Source: Candidatus Omnitrophota bacterium
GTDB lineage: Bacteria > Omnitrophota > Omnitrophia > Omnitrophales > Aquincolibacteriaceae
Length of the DNA stretch: 64,000 bases
Assembly: GCA_022709525.1 (NCBI GenBank)
Contig: JAKLIQ010000002.1
Location: 197,523-261,522, forward strand
Direction: 5' to 3'
The notes under the pieces were generated by a model. It made no database searches and was not told where the DNA came from. It was given only the letters and a program-made list of their open reading frames with translations. This document shows positions 29,493 to 38,478 of the stretch, in pieces. Both the position numbers and the translations under genes were made by a program. Each line of letters starts with the position of its first letter. The stretch's first letter is position 1.

Positions 29493-29570
29493 GGGGACTC
29501 GGGACTTGCCCCTCGGGACTCGTTAGGGTTCCTCGTTTTATCGAGTCCCTAGTCCCGAGGAACGAGTCCC
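29493..29570. repeat. Palindromic repeat element (family A copy 3), intergenic between tRNA-Lys and frr
   Basis: ggggactcgggacttgcccctcgggactcgttagggttcctcgttttatcgagtccctagtcccgaggaacgagtccc. GGGACTCG arms are inverted against CGAGTCCC. Confidence 0.7.
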
Positions 29571-29579
29571 TTACTTCTG

Positions 29580-30152
29580 TTATATGGAGTGGATCTCGGT
29601 CTCTTTGTGCTTCAGGGCTTCTTCGATCTGGGCAATGAATTGATCCGTGATCTTCTGGATCTCTTTCTGCGCCCCGTGGGAAATATCCTCGGGGATCGTT
29701 TTGCCTTTTTCGAGTTTTTTGACCTGCTCGATCGCTTCGTGGCGCGCGTTGCGGATCGAAATACGGCCTTCTTCGGCGGTCTTGCGGACAACCTTCGTTA
29801 ATTCGTTGCGCCGCTCTTCTGTCAGCGCCGGGATCTGGATCCGGAGGATCTTCCCGTCGTTGACCGGCGTCAGTCCGAGATCGGATTTGAGAATGGCTTT
29901 CTCGATCTCCGCGACGGCGGTCACATCCCAAGGCTGGATCTGGATGGTCTTCGCGTCGGGCGTTGAGATCGTGCCGAGATTCTTGATCGGCGTCGGGGTA
30001 TTGTAATAATTGACCTGGATCCCTTCGACCAAGGCAATGGACGCGCGGCCGGTGCGGATATTCTGGAATTCCTTTTTGGTCGATTCCAGGCCCTTGGTCA
30101 TTTTTTTCCTTGTTTCTTCGGTAAGGCGTTTCACGTCAGTAATATCGTTCAT
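29580..30152 (-). CDS. frr: Ribosome recycling factor
   Basis: 190 aa; conserved RRF sequence (IRTGRASIALVEGIQVNYY...ISIRNARHEA). Confidence 0.9.
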   Translation of the reverse strand: MNDITDVKRLTEETRKKMTKGLESTKKEFQNIRTGRASIALVEGIQVNYYNTPTPIKNLGTISTPDAKTIQIQPWDVTAVAEIEKAILKSDLGLTPVNDGKILRIQIPALTEERRNELTKVVRKTAEEGRISIRNARHEAIEQVKKLEKGKTIPEDISHGAQKEIQKITDQFIAQIEEALKHKETEIHSI

Positions 30153-30179
30153 AATGACTCCTCTTCCTTGACAACCTTG

Positions 30180-30893
30180 TTATGAAACTACAGTTCCAAT
30201 CTTCTCCCCCAGGACCACGCGGCGGATATTACCGGGCTGATTCAGATTGAACACCACGATCGGCAGCTGGTTCTCCATACATAGCGACGTAGCGGTCGTG
30301 TCCATCACGCGAAGCTGTTTTTTGATCACATTCAAATAACTCAAGCGGGTGAATTTCTTGGCGTCCTTATGCCTTACCGGGTCCTTATCGTAAACGCCGT
30401 CCACCTTGGTGGCTTTCAAGATCACATCCGCGTCCATTTCCACGGCCCGGAGCGCGGCGGCAGTGTCGGTCGTAAAAAAAGGGTTGCCGGTACCGGCCGC
30501 AAAGATCACGACGCGGCCTTTTTGGAGGTGGCGCATGGCCCGCCGGCGGATATAGGGTTCGCAAAGGGCTTTGATCTCAAGGGCCGATTGAACGCGGGTT
30601 TGAACACCGACTTTTTCAAGCGCGTCGGACATCACAAGCCCGTTCATGACCGTCGCGAGCATCCCGATATAATCGGCGGTCGCCCGGTCGATCCCGTTCT
30701 TCTCACCTTCAACACCCCGGAAAAAATTGCCGCCTCCGATAATGCAAACGACATCGACGCCCAGGCCGCGGACTTCCTTGATCTGCTGGGCGATGGAAGA
30801 GACGATGTGAGGGGCGATCCCGAAACCGCGATCACCTTCGAGGGCTTCGCCGGAAAGCTTGAGCACGATGCGTTTGTAGATGAGTTTTTTCAT
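30180..30893 (-). CDS. pyrH: UMP kinase
   Basis: [12 protein letters not shown]...GGGNFFRG...[20 protein letters not shown]. Confidence 0.9.
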   Translation of the reverse strand: MKKLIYKRIVLKLSGEALEGDRGFGIAPHIVSSIAQQIKEVRGLGVDVVCIIGGGNFFRGVEGEKNGIDRATADYIGMLATVMNGLVMSDALEKVGVQTRVQSALEIKALCEPYIRRRAMRHLQKGRVVIFAAGTGNPFFTTDTAAALRAVEMDADVILKATKVDGVYDKDPVRHKDAKKFTRLSYLNVIKKQLRVMDTTATSLCMENQLPIVVFNLNQPGNIRRVVLGEKIGTVVS

Positions 30894-30967
30894 ATCTCAG
30901 TTCTCAGCCATCCGCTATCAGCGATCAGTTAAGAACTGACGGCTGATACCTGAAAGCTGCGGGCTGC
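30894..30967. repeat. Short intergenic repeat (family B copy 1) between pyrH and tsf
   Basis: tctcagttctcagccatccgctatcagcgatcagttaagaactgacggctgatacctgaaagctgcgggctg. Shares TCAGTTCTCAGC, CTATCAGC, GGCTGA and GGGCTG blocks with 32888-32972. Confidence 0.6.
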
Positions 30968-31573
30968 TTAGTTGCCACCGACTTCAAAACGCGTGAAACG
31001 GCGGATGATAATGTTCTCGCCGATCTTGGCGATAAATTCGGTCAAAAGGTCCTGCACGGTCCGGCTGTCGTCCTTGATGAATTTTTGGTTGAGAAGGCAG
31101 ATCTCCTCGTAACGCTTTGCGAGCTTGCCTTCGATCACCTTGTTGCGGACCGCTTCGGGCTTGTCTTTGACTTGCTCTAAGAAAACCTCTTTTTCCTTCG
31201 CGAGTTCGGCTGCGGGAATGTCATTCGCGCCGACATACAACGGGTGGGCCGCCGCGATCTGCATGGCGATGTCCCGGATAAACGACTGGAATTGTTCATT
31301 TTTCGCCACAAAGTCCGTCTCGCAATTGACCTCGAGCAGGACGCCGAGCTTGCCGCCCGCGTGGATATAGGAGGTGATCTGCCCTTCGCGGGCTTCACGG
31401 GTGGATTTTTTCTTCGCGATATCAAGGCCCTTTTTGCGGATCACATCCTGGGCGCCTTTCAGGTCGCCGCCGGCCTCCACAAGGGCGTTCTTGCAATCCA
31501 TCATCCCCGCCCCGGTCAATTCCCGGAGCTTGGTCAGGTCCGAACTGCTAAACTTTACTTCTTTCGTTGCCAT
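30968..31573 (-). CDS. tsf: Elongation factor Ts (short form)
   Basis: LRELTGAGMMDCKNAL...LEVNCETDFVAKN...IAKIGENIIIRRF. Confidence 0.9.
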   Translation of the reverse strand: MATKEVKFSSSDLTKLRELTGAGMMDCKNALVEAGGDLKGAQDVIRKKGLDIAKKKSTREAREGQITSYIHAGGKLGVLLEVNCETDFVAKNEQFQSFIRDIAMQIAAAHPLYVGANDIPAAELAKEKEVFLEQVKDKPEAVRNKVIEGKLAKRYEEICLLNQKFIKDDSRTVQDLLTEFIAKIGENIIIRRFTRFEVGGN

Positions 31574-31604
31574 AGGATTGATCCTTTATCGATGACTTTG
31601 AAAA

Positions 31605-32492
31605 TCAAGCGTCGCCGTCTTTTTTCCGGGCGGGCTTTTTGGCCTTGGGTTTTGTTTCGTCGACCACAACGACTTCGGCGAGGACCTTAGGATCGAGTTT
31701 TTCTTCGATCGCTTCCTCGTCGAGGACGACTTCTTCCCCTTCAGCGGAGGATTCTTCGGCAGCGGCTTCGGCTTGAAGCGCCTCTTCCTTATCCTTCGCG
31801 ATCTTCTGAAACCCCCTGCGCCCTTCCGCAACGGCGCCCGAAACGGCTTCACAGAAAAGCTTGATGGCCTTGATCGCATCGTCATTGCCCGGCAAAGGAT
31901 AATCGATGCGGTCCGGATCGCCGTTCGTATCAAGAACGGCCACGACCGGGATCCCGAGCTTTTTCGCTTCCGCGACGGCGATCTTCTCAAGCTCGGCGTC
32001 GATCACGAAAACCGCGCCGGGAAGTCTCCTCATTTCGCGAACACCGAGAAGGTTCTTGATGAGTTTTTCCCGCTCTTTTTTAAGCGAACCCGCCTCTTTT
32101 TTGGTGATGAATTGGAAGCTTCCGTCCTGCTCCATCTTGTCGATCGATTCGAGTTTCTTGATGGATTTGCGGATCGTTTCAAAATTGGTGAGCATGCCTC
32201 CGAGCCAGCGCTGATTCACAAAGGGCATCCCGCAGGATTCGGCGGCTTCTTTAAGCGGGACCTGCGCCTGTTTTTTGGTCCCGACAAAGAGCACGTCCTT
32301 TCCTTCCAGAGCGGTTTGCTTGAGAAATTCGAGCGCTTTTTCAAGGCATGTGAGGGTCAGCTCGAGGTTGATGATATAAATACCGTTGCGTTCCCCGAAA
32401 ATGTATTTTTTCATTTTGGGGTTCCAGCGTTGCGTTTGGTGGCCGAAATGGACACCGGCTTCCAGTAGTTGTTTAATCGTGATCTGAGACAA
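31605..32492 (-). CDS. rpsB: 30S ribosomal protein S2 (with K/E-rich C-terminal tail)
   Basis: [27 protein letters not shown]...; 295 aa. Confidence 0.9.
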   Translation of the reverse strand: MSQITIKQLLEAGVHFGHQTQRWNPKMKKYIFGERNGIYIINLELTLTCLEKALEFLKQTALEGKDVLFVGTKKQAQVPLKEAAESCGMPFVNQRWLGGMLTNFETIRKSIKKLESIDKMEQDGSFQFITKKEAGSLKKEREKLIKNLLGVREMRRLPGAVFVIDAELEKIAVAEAKKLGIPVVAVLDTNGDPDRIDYPLPGNDDAIKAIKLFCEAVSGAVAEGRRGFQKIAKDKEEALQAEAAAEESSAEGEEVVLDEEAIEEKLDPKVLAEVVVVDETKPKAKKPARKKDGDA

Positions 32493-32887
32493 GATTGAAC
32501 TTCCTCCCTAGGATTATTTTGAAGCGCGACGGATTTAGCGCACCAGAGCACCGGACCATTCCGGAGGGATCAGTATTGTCACCCTCCCTTTCCCTTAGCT
32601 CGGAGGGTCCGTCACTTTCCAACTGCAGCAAAACAACGAGGACTTAAAGCGTCTTGAAGAACTCCAAGTGCTTGGGGCCTCATTACTGCGTTCCCGTTTA
32701 TTTTTATGGGTTCGCAGTATTGCACCGTCCAAATTTTTTACTTCTTTTCCAAAACGGTAATTTGGACGGCCCCAATCTCCGCTTCGCTTCGATTGATCGG
32801 TATTGGGACCGTTAACCCTTATAAATAAAGGAGAACGGTGCTAAAGTTGGCGCGACATTATAGCAAAAAAACTTTTGGTAACAAGTT

Positions 32888-32972
32888 TTTTTCAGTTCTC
32901 AGCTGTCAGCTATCAGCCGTCGGCCAACGGCTAAAAAAGACTTTGTTGATGGCTGAAATCTGAGGGCTGAAG
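32888..32972. repeat. Short intergenic repeat (family B copy 2) between aspA stop and rpsB leader
   Basis: tttcagttctcagctgtcagctatcagccgtcggccaacggctaaaaaagactttgttgatggctgaaatctgagggctgaagac. Confidence 0.6.
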
Positions 32973-32973
32973 A

Positions 32974-34371
32974 CTATTTCGGAGGCCGGGTCAAATTCTC
33001 CGGAGAAAGGATCCTGGCAAGCTCTTTTTCGCTCAGAAACCCTTTGGCGAGAACCACTTCCCGCAAGGTCCGCCTCGTGCGAACGGCCTCTTTGACACAT
33101 TCGGCGGCTTTGGAGTATCCGATATGGGGGTTTAGCGCGGCCGCGATCCCAAAACTGTTCTCGGCATAATACCGGCATTTTTCCGGATTTGCCTGGATCC
33201 CGGCGATACAGCGGGTTTTCAGGACTTTGACGGCATTCTTGAGGATCTCGAAGGATTGCAAGAGGTTATGGACGATCACGGGACGCATCACATTAAGTTC
33301 ACATTCCCCGCCGGCCGCCGCGAAAGCGATCGCGGCATCGTTGCCGATCACCTGATAGCCGACCTGGGCGGTCATCTCCGGGATGACCGGATTGACCTTC
33401 CCCGGCATGATCGAAGAGCCCGGCTGAAGGGCCGGCAGGCGGATCTCGCCGAAACCGGTGTTCGGCCCGGAGCTTAAGAGCCGGAGATCGTTGGCGATCT
33501 GGATCAATGAGAGCGCATAATCGCGTAGCGTTCCCGATATGGCGGCAAAATCGGCGTCGTTTTGCATGACCGCAAAAAGGTCGCGGGACGCTTTGACCGG
33601 AAATTGGGTTATTTGTTTTAAATGCTTGATAACGGCTTTACGATAACGAAGCGAGGTGTTCAGCCCCGTACCGACCGCGGAACCGCCGATCCCAAGCTCA
33701 TAAAGACCGCGCGCCATCAATGTGACCCGTTCCCTGCCTTTTTGAAGCTGTGTCGCCCAACCCGAAAATTCCTGCCCCAGCGTAACCGGGGCCGCGTCCT
33801 GAAGGTGCGTCCGTCCGGCTTTGACGACACGGCGGAATTGTCGGGATTTTTTCATGAGCGCGGCTTCGAGTTCTTTAGATGCGGTGCAAAATTCTTTTGA
33901 AAGCCGGAGCGCCGCGATCCGAAGCGCCGTCGGGATCACATCATTCGTGGATTGCCCCATGTTGACGTGGTCGTGGGAGTGCAGAAAGGCGTGATCGCCG
34001 CGTCTTTTCCCCAAAAGCTCCAGAGCGCGGTTCGCGATCACTTCATTTGCGTTCATGTGCGCCGATACCCCCGCGCCGGATTGGAGGACATCAGTCACGA
34101 ACTCGCCGTGATGCTTCCCCGAGATCACTTCCTGGCAAGCGCGAATGACCGCGTTCGCGCGCCGGGCGTCCAAGCGGCCGAGCGAGCGGTTCGCCATTGC
34201 GCACGCTTTTTTGATCATGGCCAAGGCCTTGATAAATTCGGGATGAAAACGCATACCGGAGATCGGAAAATTCTCGACCGCCCTTAGGGTCTCGATGCCG
34301 TAATAGACATGGGAAGGGACCGGCTTGGTCCCGAGAGAATCTTTTTCGATCCTGAATTTCTTTTTTTTCAT
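32974..34371 (-). CDS. aspA: Aspartate ammonia-lyase (fumarase/aspartase class II family)
   Basis: GSSIMPGKVNPVIPE signature and N-terminal YYGIETLRAVENF, which is aspartase-like rather than FumC-like. Start at MKKKKFRIEKD (ATG 34369-34371) with AGGAG 8 nt upstream. The longer track ORF has no RBS. Confidence 0.75.
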   Translation of the reverse strand: MKKKKFRIEKDSLGTKPVPSHVYYGIETLRAVENFPISGMRFHPEFIKALAMIKKACAMANRSLGRLDARRANAVIRACQEVISGKHHGEFVTDVLQSGAGVSAHMNANEVIANRALELLGKRRGDHAFLHSHDHVNMGQSTNDVIPTALRIAALRLSKEFCTASKELEAALMKKSRQFRRVVKAGRTHLQDAAPVTLGQEFSGWATQLQKGRERVTLMARGLYELGIGGSAVGTGLNTSLRYRKAVIKHLKQITQFPVKASRDLFAVMQNDADFAAISGTLRDYALSLIQIANDLRLLSSGPNTGFGEIRLPALQPGSSIMPGKVNPVIPEMTAQVGYQVIGNDAAIAFAAAGGECELNVMRPVIVHNLLQSFEILKNAVKVLKTRCIAGIQANPEKCRYYAENSFGIAAALNPHIGYSKAAECVKEAVRTRRTLREVVLAKGFLSEKELARILSPENLTRPPK

Positions 34372-34826
34372 GCTGAAACTCCTGTTCCGCCGGTCCGGTC
34401 GCCGTAGTTTTGGGTGATCGCGGTGTTGACCGCGTCTGGGGTGCATAGAACGGTCTTGATCCCCGAAACCTTCGCCATTTCCGCGATTTCCTGATGAGGT
34501 AGTTCAGCGCGAGGATCCCCGACACCGACCACCATGGCCCCGTCCCGCATCTCGATCGGCATGAAGCCGTATTTCACAGCCACGCTGCGGGGCACTCTTT
34601 CGACCGTGCGCGGGTCAATGAACACGCAAGCCAGGTCCACAAAGGGCATCGCGTGCCGCTCCGCCAGCGCCTTAAAAAGCAGGAACTTCGGGATATACTG
34701 TTTTCGTACCAGCACTTCGCCGACGGATTCACGGGTTTGTTTCTGCTCATCCAGCGCTTCTTCCAATTGTTTCCAGTCGATCAACTTCTTTTGGATCAGA
34801 ATCTCGCCGATATGCCAATGCTTCAT
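34368..34826 (-). CDS. Stand-alone T2SS-E N-terminal (MshEN-like) domain protein, putative c-di-GMP receptor
   Basis: Two tandem ~24-aa motifs, HIGEILIQKKLIDWKQLEEALDEQ and VGEVLVRKQYIPKFLLFKALAERH, match the MshEN c-di-GMP-binding repeat. Stop overlaps the aspA start by 4 nt. Confidence 0.55.
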   Translation of the reverse strand: MKHWHIGEILIQKKLIDWKQLEEALDEQKQTRESVGEVLVRKQYIPKFLLFKALAERHAMPFVDLACVFIDPRTVERVPRSVAVKYGFMPIEMRDGAMVVGVGDPRAELPHQEIAEMAKVSGIKTVLCTPDAVNTAITQNYGDRTGGTGVSA

Positions 34827-34848
34827 AAGGTTTGCTTATTCTACAAAT

Positions 34849-35736
34849 TCATGCCGCGCGCGCAAGATGTAGATTTTCATAGATCTGCCGCGTCGCAAGT
34901 GATTGGTTCAAAGTATAGAAGTGAAGCCCCGGAGCTCCGCCGGCAAGTAATTCGCGGCACTGCCGCGTGGCGTACTCGATCCCGAATTTTACGATCGCCT
35001 GTTGGTCTTCCCCGAAACGGCTGATGGCTTCGCGAATCTCGCGAGGGATCTCGGCCCCGCACATGCGGGAGAACTTTTCGATCTGGGGACCGTGTGTGAC
35101 CGGCATGATCCCCGGCACGATCGGAACTTTGATGCCGAGTTTGCGGGCACGATCGACAAAATCAAAATAATAGCGGTTGTTGAAAAAAAGCTGCGTGACA
35201 ACAGCGTCAGCGCCTTCGTCGACCTTGAGCTTGAGATATTCGAGGTCTTTTTTCTTATCCCGGCACTCCGGATGGCCTTCGGGATAGCCGGCTACGTTCA
35301 GGTCGAAGGCATTGCCGAGCATGGGATGCTTGCGGATAAAACGGACCAGTTCGGAGGCATGACGAAAACCGTCGGGCGGCGGATTAAATTGCGCCTCCCC
35401 CTGCGGCGGGTCTCCCCGGAGCGCCACGATATTTTCGATCTTCTTTTCGCGAAGCGTCGCGAGGATCGCTTCGATCTCTCCGCGGCTGTGCGCCACGCAA
35501 GTCAGGTGCGCTGCGACCTCGAGGCCGATCCTATGCTTGATCTCTTCGACGATGCGGAGCGTGTTGGCCCGGGTGTTGCCCATCGCGCCATAGGTCACCG
35601 ACACGAAGGACGGGCCGAGTTTTTTTAGGTCCGTGACGATCTGGAAAAGTTTCGCCTCTCCTTCCGGAGTCTTGGGCGGAAAGAACTCGAAAGAGATCGT
35701 ATGTTTTTGTTTTTTATAATATTCGGAGGTCCTCAT
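34849..35736 (-). CDS. metF: 5,10-methylenetetrahydrofolate reductase
   Basis: ISFEFFPPKT...VSVTYGAMG...HLTC... MetF signature blocks; 295 aa. Confidence 0.85.
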   Translation of the reverse strand: MRTSEYYKKQKHTISFEFFPPKTPEGEAKLFQIVTDLKKLGPSFVSVTYGAMGNTRANTLRIVEEIKHRIGLEVAAHLTCVAHSRGEIEAILATLREKKIENIVALRGDPPQGEAQFNPPPDGFRHASELVRFIRKHPMLGNAFDLNVAGYPEGHPECRDKKKDLEYLKLKVDEGADAVVTQLFFNNRYYFDFVDRARKLGIKVPIVPGIMPVTHGPQIEKFSRMCGAEIPREIREAISRFGEDQQAIVKFGIEYATRQCRELLAGGAPGLHFYTLNQSLATRQIYENLHLARAA

Positions 35737-35750
35737 AGGGCGGTCAGATT

Positions 35751-36467
35751 CTACCTTAAAATCCCGGATATGCTCATAAAATTCCTGAAGATCGCCTCGG
35801 AGCTTTCTTCAAGCTCCCGGCGCGCCGCCTTAAAATCATCGCGCAACGCTTCTGCCTTCATCTTGCGAAGATCCCCGTCTTCGGCAAGCCAGTCTTCGAA
35901 CATTTTTTCGCTGAGCTCCACATGCCCCTGGATCCCGTAAGTTTTTTCTTGGATCCTGACGATCTGGTTTTCGCAGAACCGGCCGCGCGCAAGAAGCTTC
36001 ATGGAAGGACTAAGATTCACGGTTTCCCCGTGCAGCTGGAACACTCGAAAGCGGTCCGGAAGCCCCTCCAAGAGCGGGTCTCTCCGGCCCTCCGCCGTTT
36101 TTTCCACTTCAAACCACCCTCCCGGGGGATCGCGAAATCCGATCTCTTTGACGGGGCTTTTCAGAACAATCCCCTGAGCGGCCTTGACAAGCAACTGCAA
36201 CCCGAGGCAGATACCGAGGCACGGGACCTTTTGATATAAACATTCACGGATCGCGTCAAGTTCGCCCAGGATCTTTGGCGTCTGATCATTTGCGCTGTCC
36301 GGGCCGCCCAAGAGAACAATAGCTTGTCCTGCGACAACCTTTGGGAACGGATCGCCCTTGTGGAGATCCGCGATCTCGTAGGGAATACCGGTTTTCTCAG
36401 CAAAAAAAGAAAAAAGACCCGCGGCCTCATGGGTCATGTTCTTGATGAACCAGACTTTGGGCGTCAT
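35751..36467 (-). CDS. Class I glutamine amidotransferase-like protein with C-terminal extension
   Basis: CLGICLGLQLL nucleophile-elbow Cys and GIQGHVE His. Confidence 0.6.
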   Translation of the reverse strand: MTPKVWFIKNMTHEAAGLFSFFAEKTGIPYEIADLHKGDPFPKVVAGQAIVLLGGPDSANDQTPKILGELDAIRECLYQKVPCLGICLGLQLLVKAAQGIVLKSPVKEIGFRDPPGGWFEVEKTAEGRRDPLLEGLPDRFRVFQLHGETVNLSPSMKLLARGRFCENQIVRIQEKTYGIQGHVELSEKMFEDWLAEDGDLRKMKAEALRDDFKAARRELEESSEAIFRNFMSISGILR

Positions 36468-36491
36468 GGTCTCTTGGGAGGACTTCCGGCG

Positions 36492-36863
36492 TCAGGGCTC
36501 TGTTCCCAAGATCCGTTGGATCTTGGAAAAAAGCTCATCGGGAGTAAAGGGCTTAAAAAGACAGTCCGCCGCGCCGCGCGACAAATAATCTCCCATATGG
36601 ACTCGCCGCTCGTCCGCGGTAAAAATGATCACGGGGATATTTTTGGTCGCCGGATCTTTTTTGAGTTGCTCTAAGGTTTCGTCGCCGTTCATTTCCGGCA
36701 TAATATGGTCCAGGAGAACGAGGTCCGGGACCTCTTGGCGGGCTTTTTTAAGGCCTTGCTCGCCGGAAAGCGCCGTGCTCACGGCGTAACCGCTTGCCTG
36801 AAGACGCGTCGAGGCGACCCACAGGATCTGTGGCTCATCATCGATCACAAGTATTTTTTTCAT
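36492..36863 (-). CDS. Response regulator receiver domain protein (CheY-like, single domain)
   Basis: MKKILVIDDEPQ...LLDHIMPEMNG...KPF receiver motifs; 123 aa. Confidence 0.85.
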   Translation of the reverse strand: MKKILVIDDEPQILWVASTRLQASGYAVSTALSGEQGLKKARQEVPDLVLLDHIMPEMNGDETLEQLKKDPATKNIPVIIFTADERRVHMGDYLSRGAADCLFKPFTPDELFSKIQRILGTEP

Positions 36864-36883
36864 GATTACTCCGCACTGCCGGA

Positions 36884-38419
36884 TTACGTATAGATCTTGT
36901 CGAGAATCTCGTCCAGACTCTTCGCTTCATCGGGAAAACAGACCACACTGCTATGGATCTTGACCGAACCGGTTTTTTTCTCTTTGGTCAGATAATCTTC
37001 CAGGACTTGAGAAAGCCGCCCCAGAACGACCAGGGCTTTTTCTTTAGCGGTGTCGGGTAAAAGCACCATGATCACTTTGGAGTTCTTGACCGTGATGTCA
37101 GCGGCGCGACGAAGCGAAGCGCCGATGATCTGCTCCATTTTCGAAACGGCCCGCTCTACTTGTTTGGCGCCGAATTTTTCCTCTAAGAATTCGAAGTCCA
37201 GGATATTGAAAACAATCACCGAAAGGGAATGACGTTCTTCAACGCAACGAGTCATGGCCTGGCTGATCGCGCTCTTGAAGAAATCCCGGTGCGTGTGCTG
37301 GGGCAAAAGAAAAGAAACGGTCGTGCCCTTCCCCGCCGCGCTTTCGATCTTGATATGGCCGTGATGAAGCTCGATCAGTTTTTTGCAGATCGGGAGCCCG
37401 AGACCGGTCCCGCGGTCCCCCGGTCCTATTTCGCGGCTGAACTGACGGAACTTCTGGAACGCATTTGCCAAATCGGATTTGGATATACCTTTGCCGGTAT
37501 CCGAAACCTTGCATTCCACAAAACTTTCCCGGATGCGCAGATGGACTTTGATGTGGCCTTGCTCCGTAAAAATTAAAGCGTTATGGATCAAATTCGTCAA
37601 AACTTGGGTGATCTTTTCCTGGTCGACATAAAGCTCGATCTTCTCGGGCGCAAACTCTGTCAGGAATTCAAGGCCTTTCTGTTTCGCGGCGTCCTTGAAG
37701 CTCCTGATGACGCTATGCGCGATCCCCACAAGATCGCAACGCGTCCTGTGGAGGTGGATCTTGCCGGCTTCAAGACTTGAGACGTCCAAAAGTTTTTCAA
37801 TGATCCGCCCCAAGCGGTCAGAATTCTGAAGGATCATATCGAGCAGGACTTTTTGATCCGTCGAGACTGGCCCGAGAAGCTCATCCCGGATCTGAGAGGC
37901 CCCTTCCCGGACGACCGTCAGCGGCGTCCTGAGCTCGTGGGAGATGGTGCTAACGAATTCATCTTTGAGCTGCTCGTAATTCCGGTGCAGGGTCACATCA
38001 TGAAATATAGAAAAAAGCGCGAAGCTTTTTTTATCGACCGGCAAACGGCCCACGATGCCTTCCACCGCCAACTCCATGCCGTTTTTAGCGAAAAGCGTCG
38101 CGCGGAACCTCCTGGGCTTTCCGTCCTTTGAAACGACCCGAAAAACCTCCTTGGCTTCTTGTTGGTCTTCGGGGCGGATCATTTTCAAAGCGTTAAGATG
38201 GGCCAGATCTTCATCGGTATATTCAAGACTTTCCTTCCAGGCAAAATTCACCTCAAGGATACGGCCGTCCGGGTCAAAAAGCTGGACCATATCGCCCGTA
38301 AGCTCAAGAAAACTCCGGCATTTGAGATCAAGAAAAGACTTGGCGTGCGAAACGCCCGGGCAGAAAGAAAGAGGGCTTCTTTTAGCAAGACAGAGTGGCT
38401 TCGGGGAGCGTTTTTTCAT
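36884..38419 (-). CDS. PAS sensor histidine kinase with C-terminal degenerate GGDEF-like domain
   Basis: H-box SHELRTPL; HATPase N and G boxes (NLIHNAL, DTGKGI, GTGLGL). C-terminal ~150 aa resemble a GGDEF fold lacking the GGDEF motif. Confidence 0.75.
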   Translation of the reverse strand: MKKRSPKPLCLAKRSPLSFCPGVSHAKSFLDLKCRSFLELTGDMVQLFDPDGRILEVNFAWKESLEYTDEDLAHLNALKMIRPEDQQEAKEVFRVVSKDGKPRRFRATLFAKNGMELAVEGIVGRLPVDKKSFALFSIFHDVTLHRNYEQLKDEFVSTISHELRTPLTVVREGASQIRDELLGPVSTDQKVLLDMILQNSDRLGRIIEKLLDVSSLEAGKIHLHRTRCDLVGIAHSVIRSFKDAAKQKGLEFLTEFAPEKIELYVDQEKITQVLTNLIHNALIFTEQGHIKVHLRIRESFVECKVSDTGKGISKSDLANAFQKFRQFSREIGPGDRGTGLGLPICKKLIELHHGHIKIESAAGKGTTVSFLLPQHTHRDFFKSAISQAMTRCVEERHSLSVIVFNILDFEFLEEKFGAKQVERAVSKMEQIIGASLRRAADITVKNSKVIMVLLPDTAKEKALVVLGRLSQVLEDYLTKEKKTGSVKIHSSVVCFPDEAKSLDEILDKIYT

Positions 38420-38478
38420 CCCTAGTCTTATCGTCCTTTCCCGAAAAGTTCTTCAGCAAAATTTGAACGGAAAAATCT

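Noticed and set aside
32974-34446. Longer aspA start (MHPRRGQH...)
   Set aside because: The N-terminal 25 residues are basic junk with no RBS. The MKKKKFRIEKD start has AGGAG at the correct spacing and matches the aspartase N-terminus.
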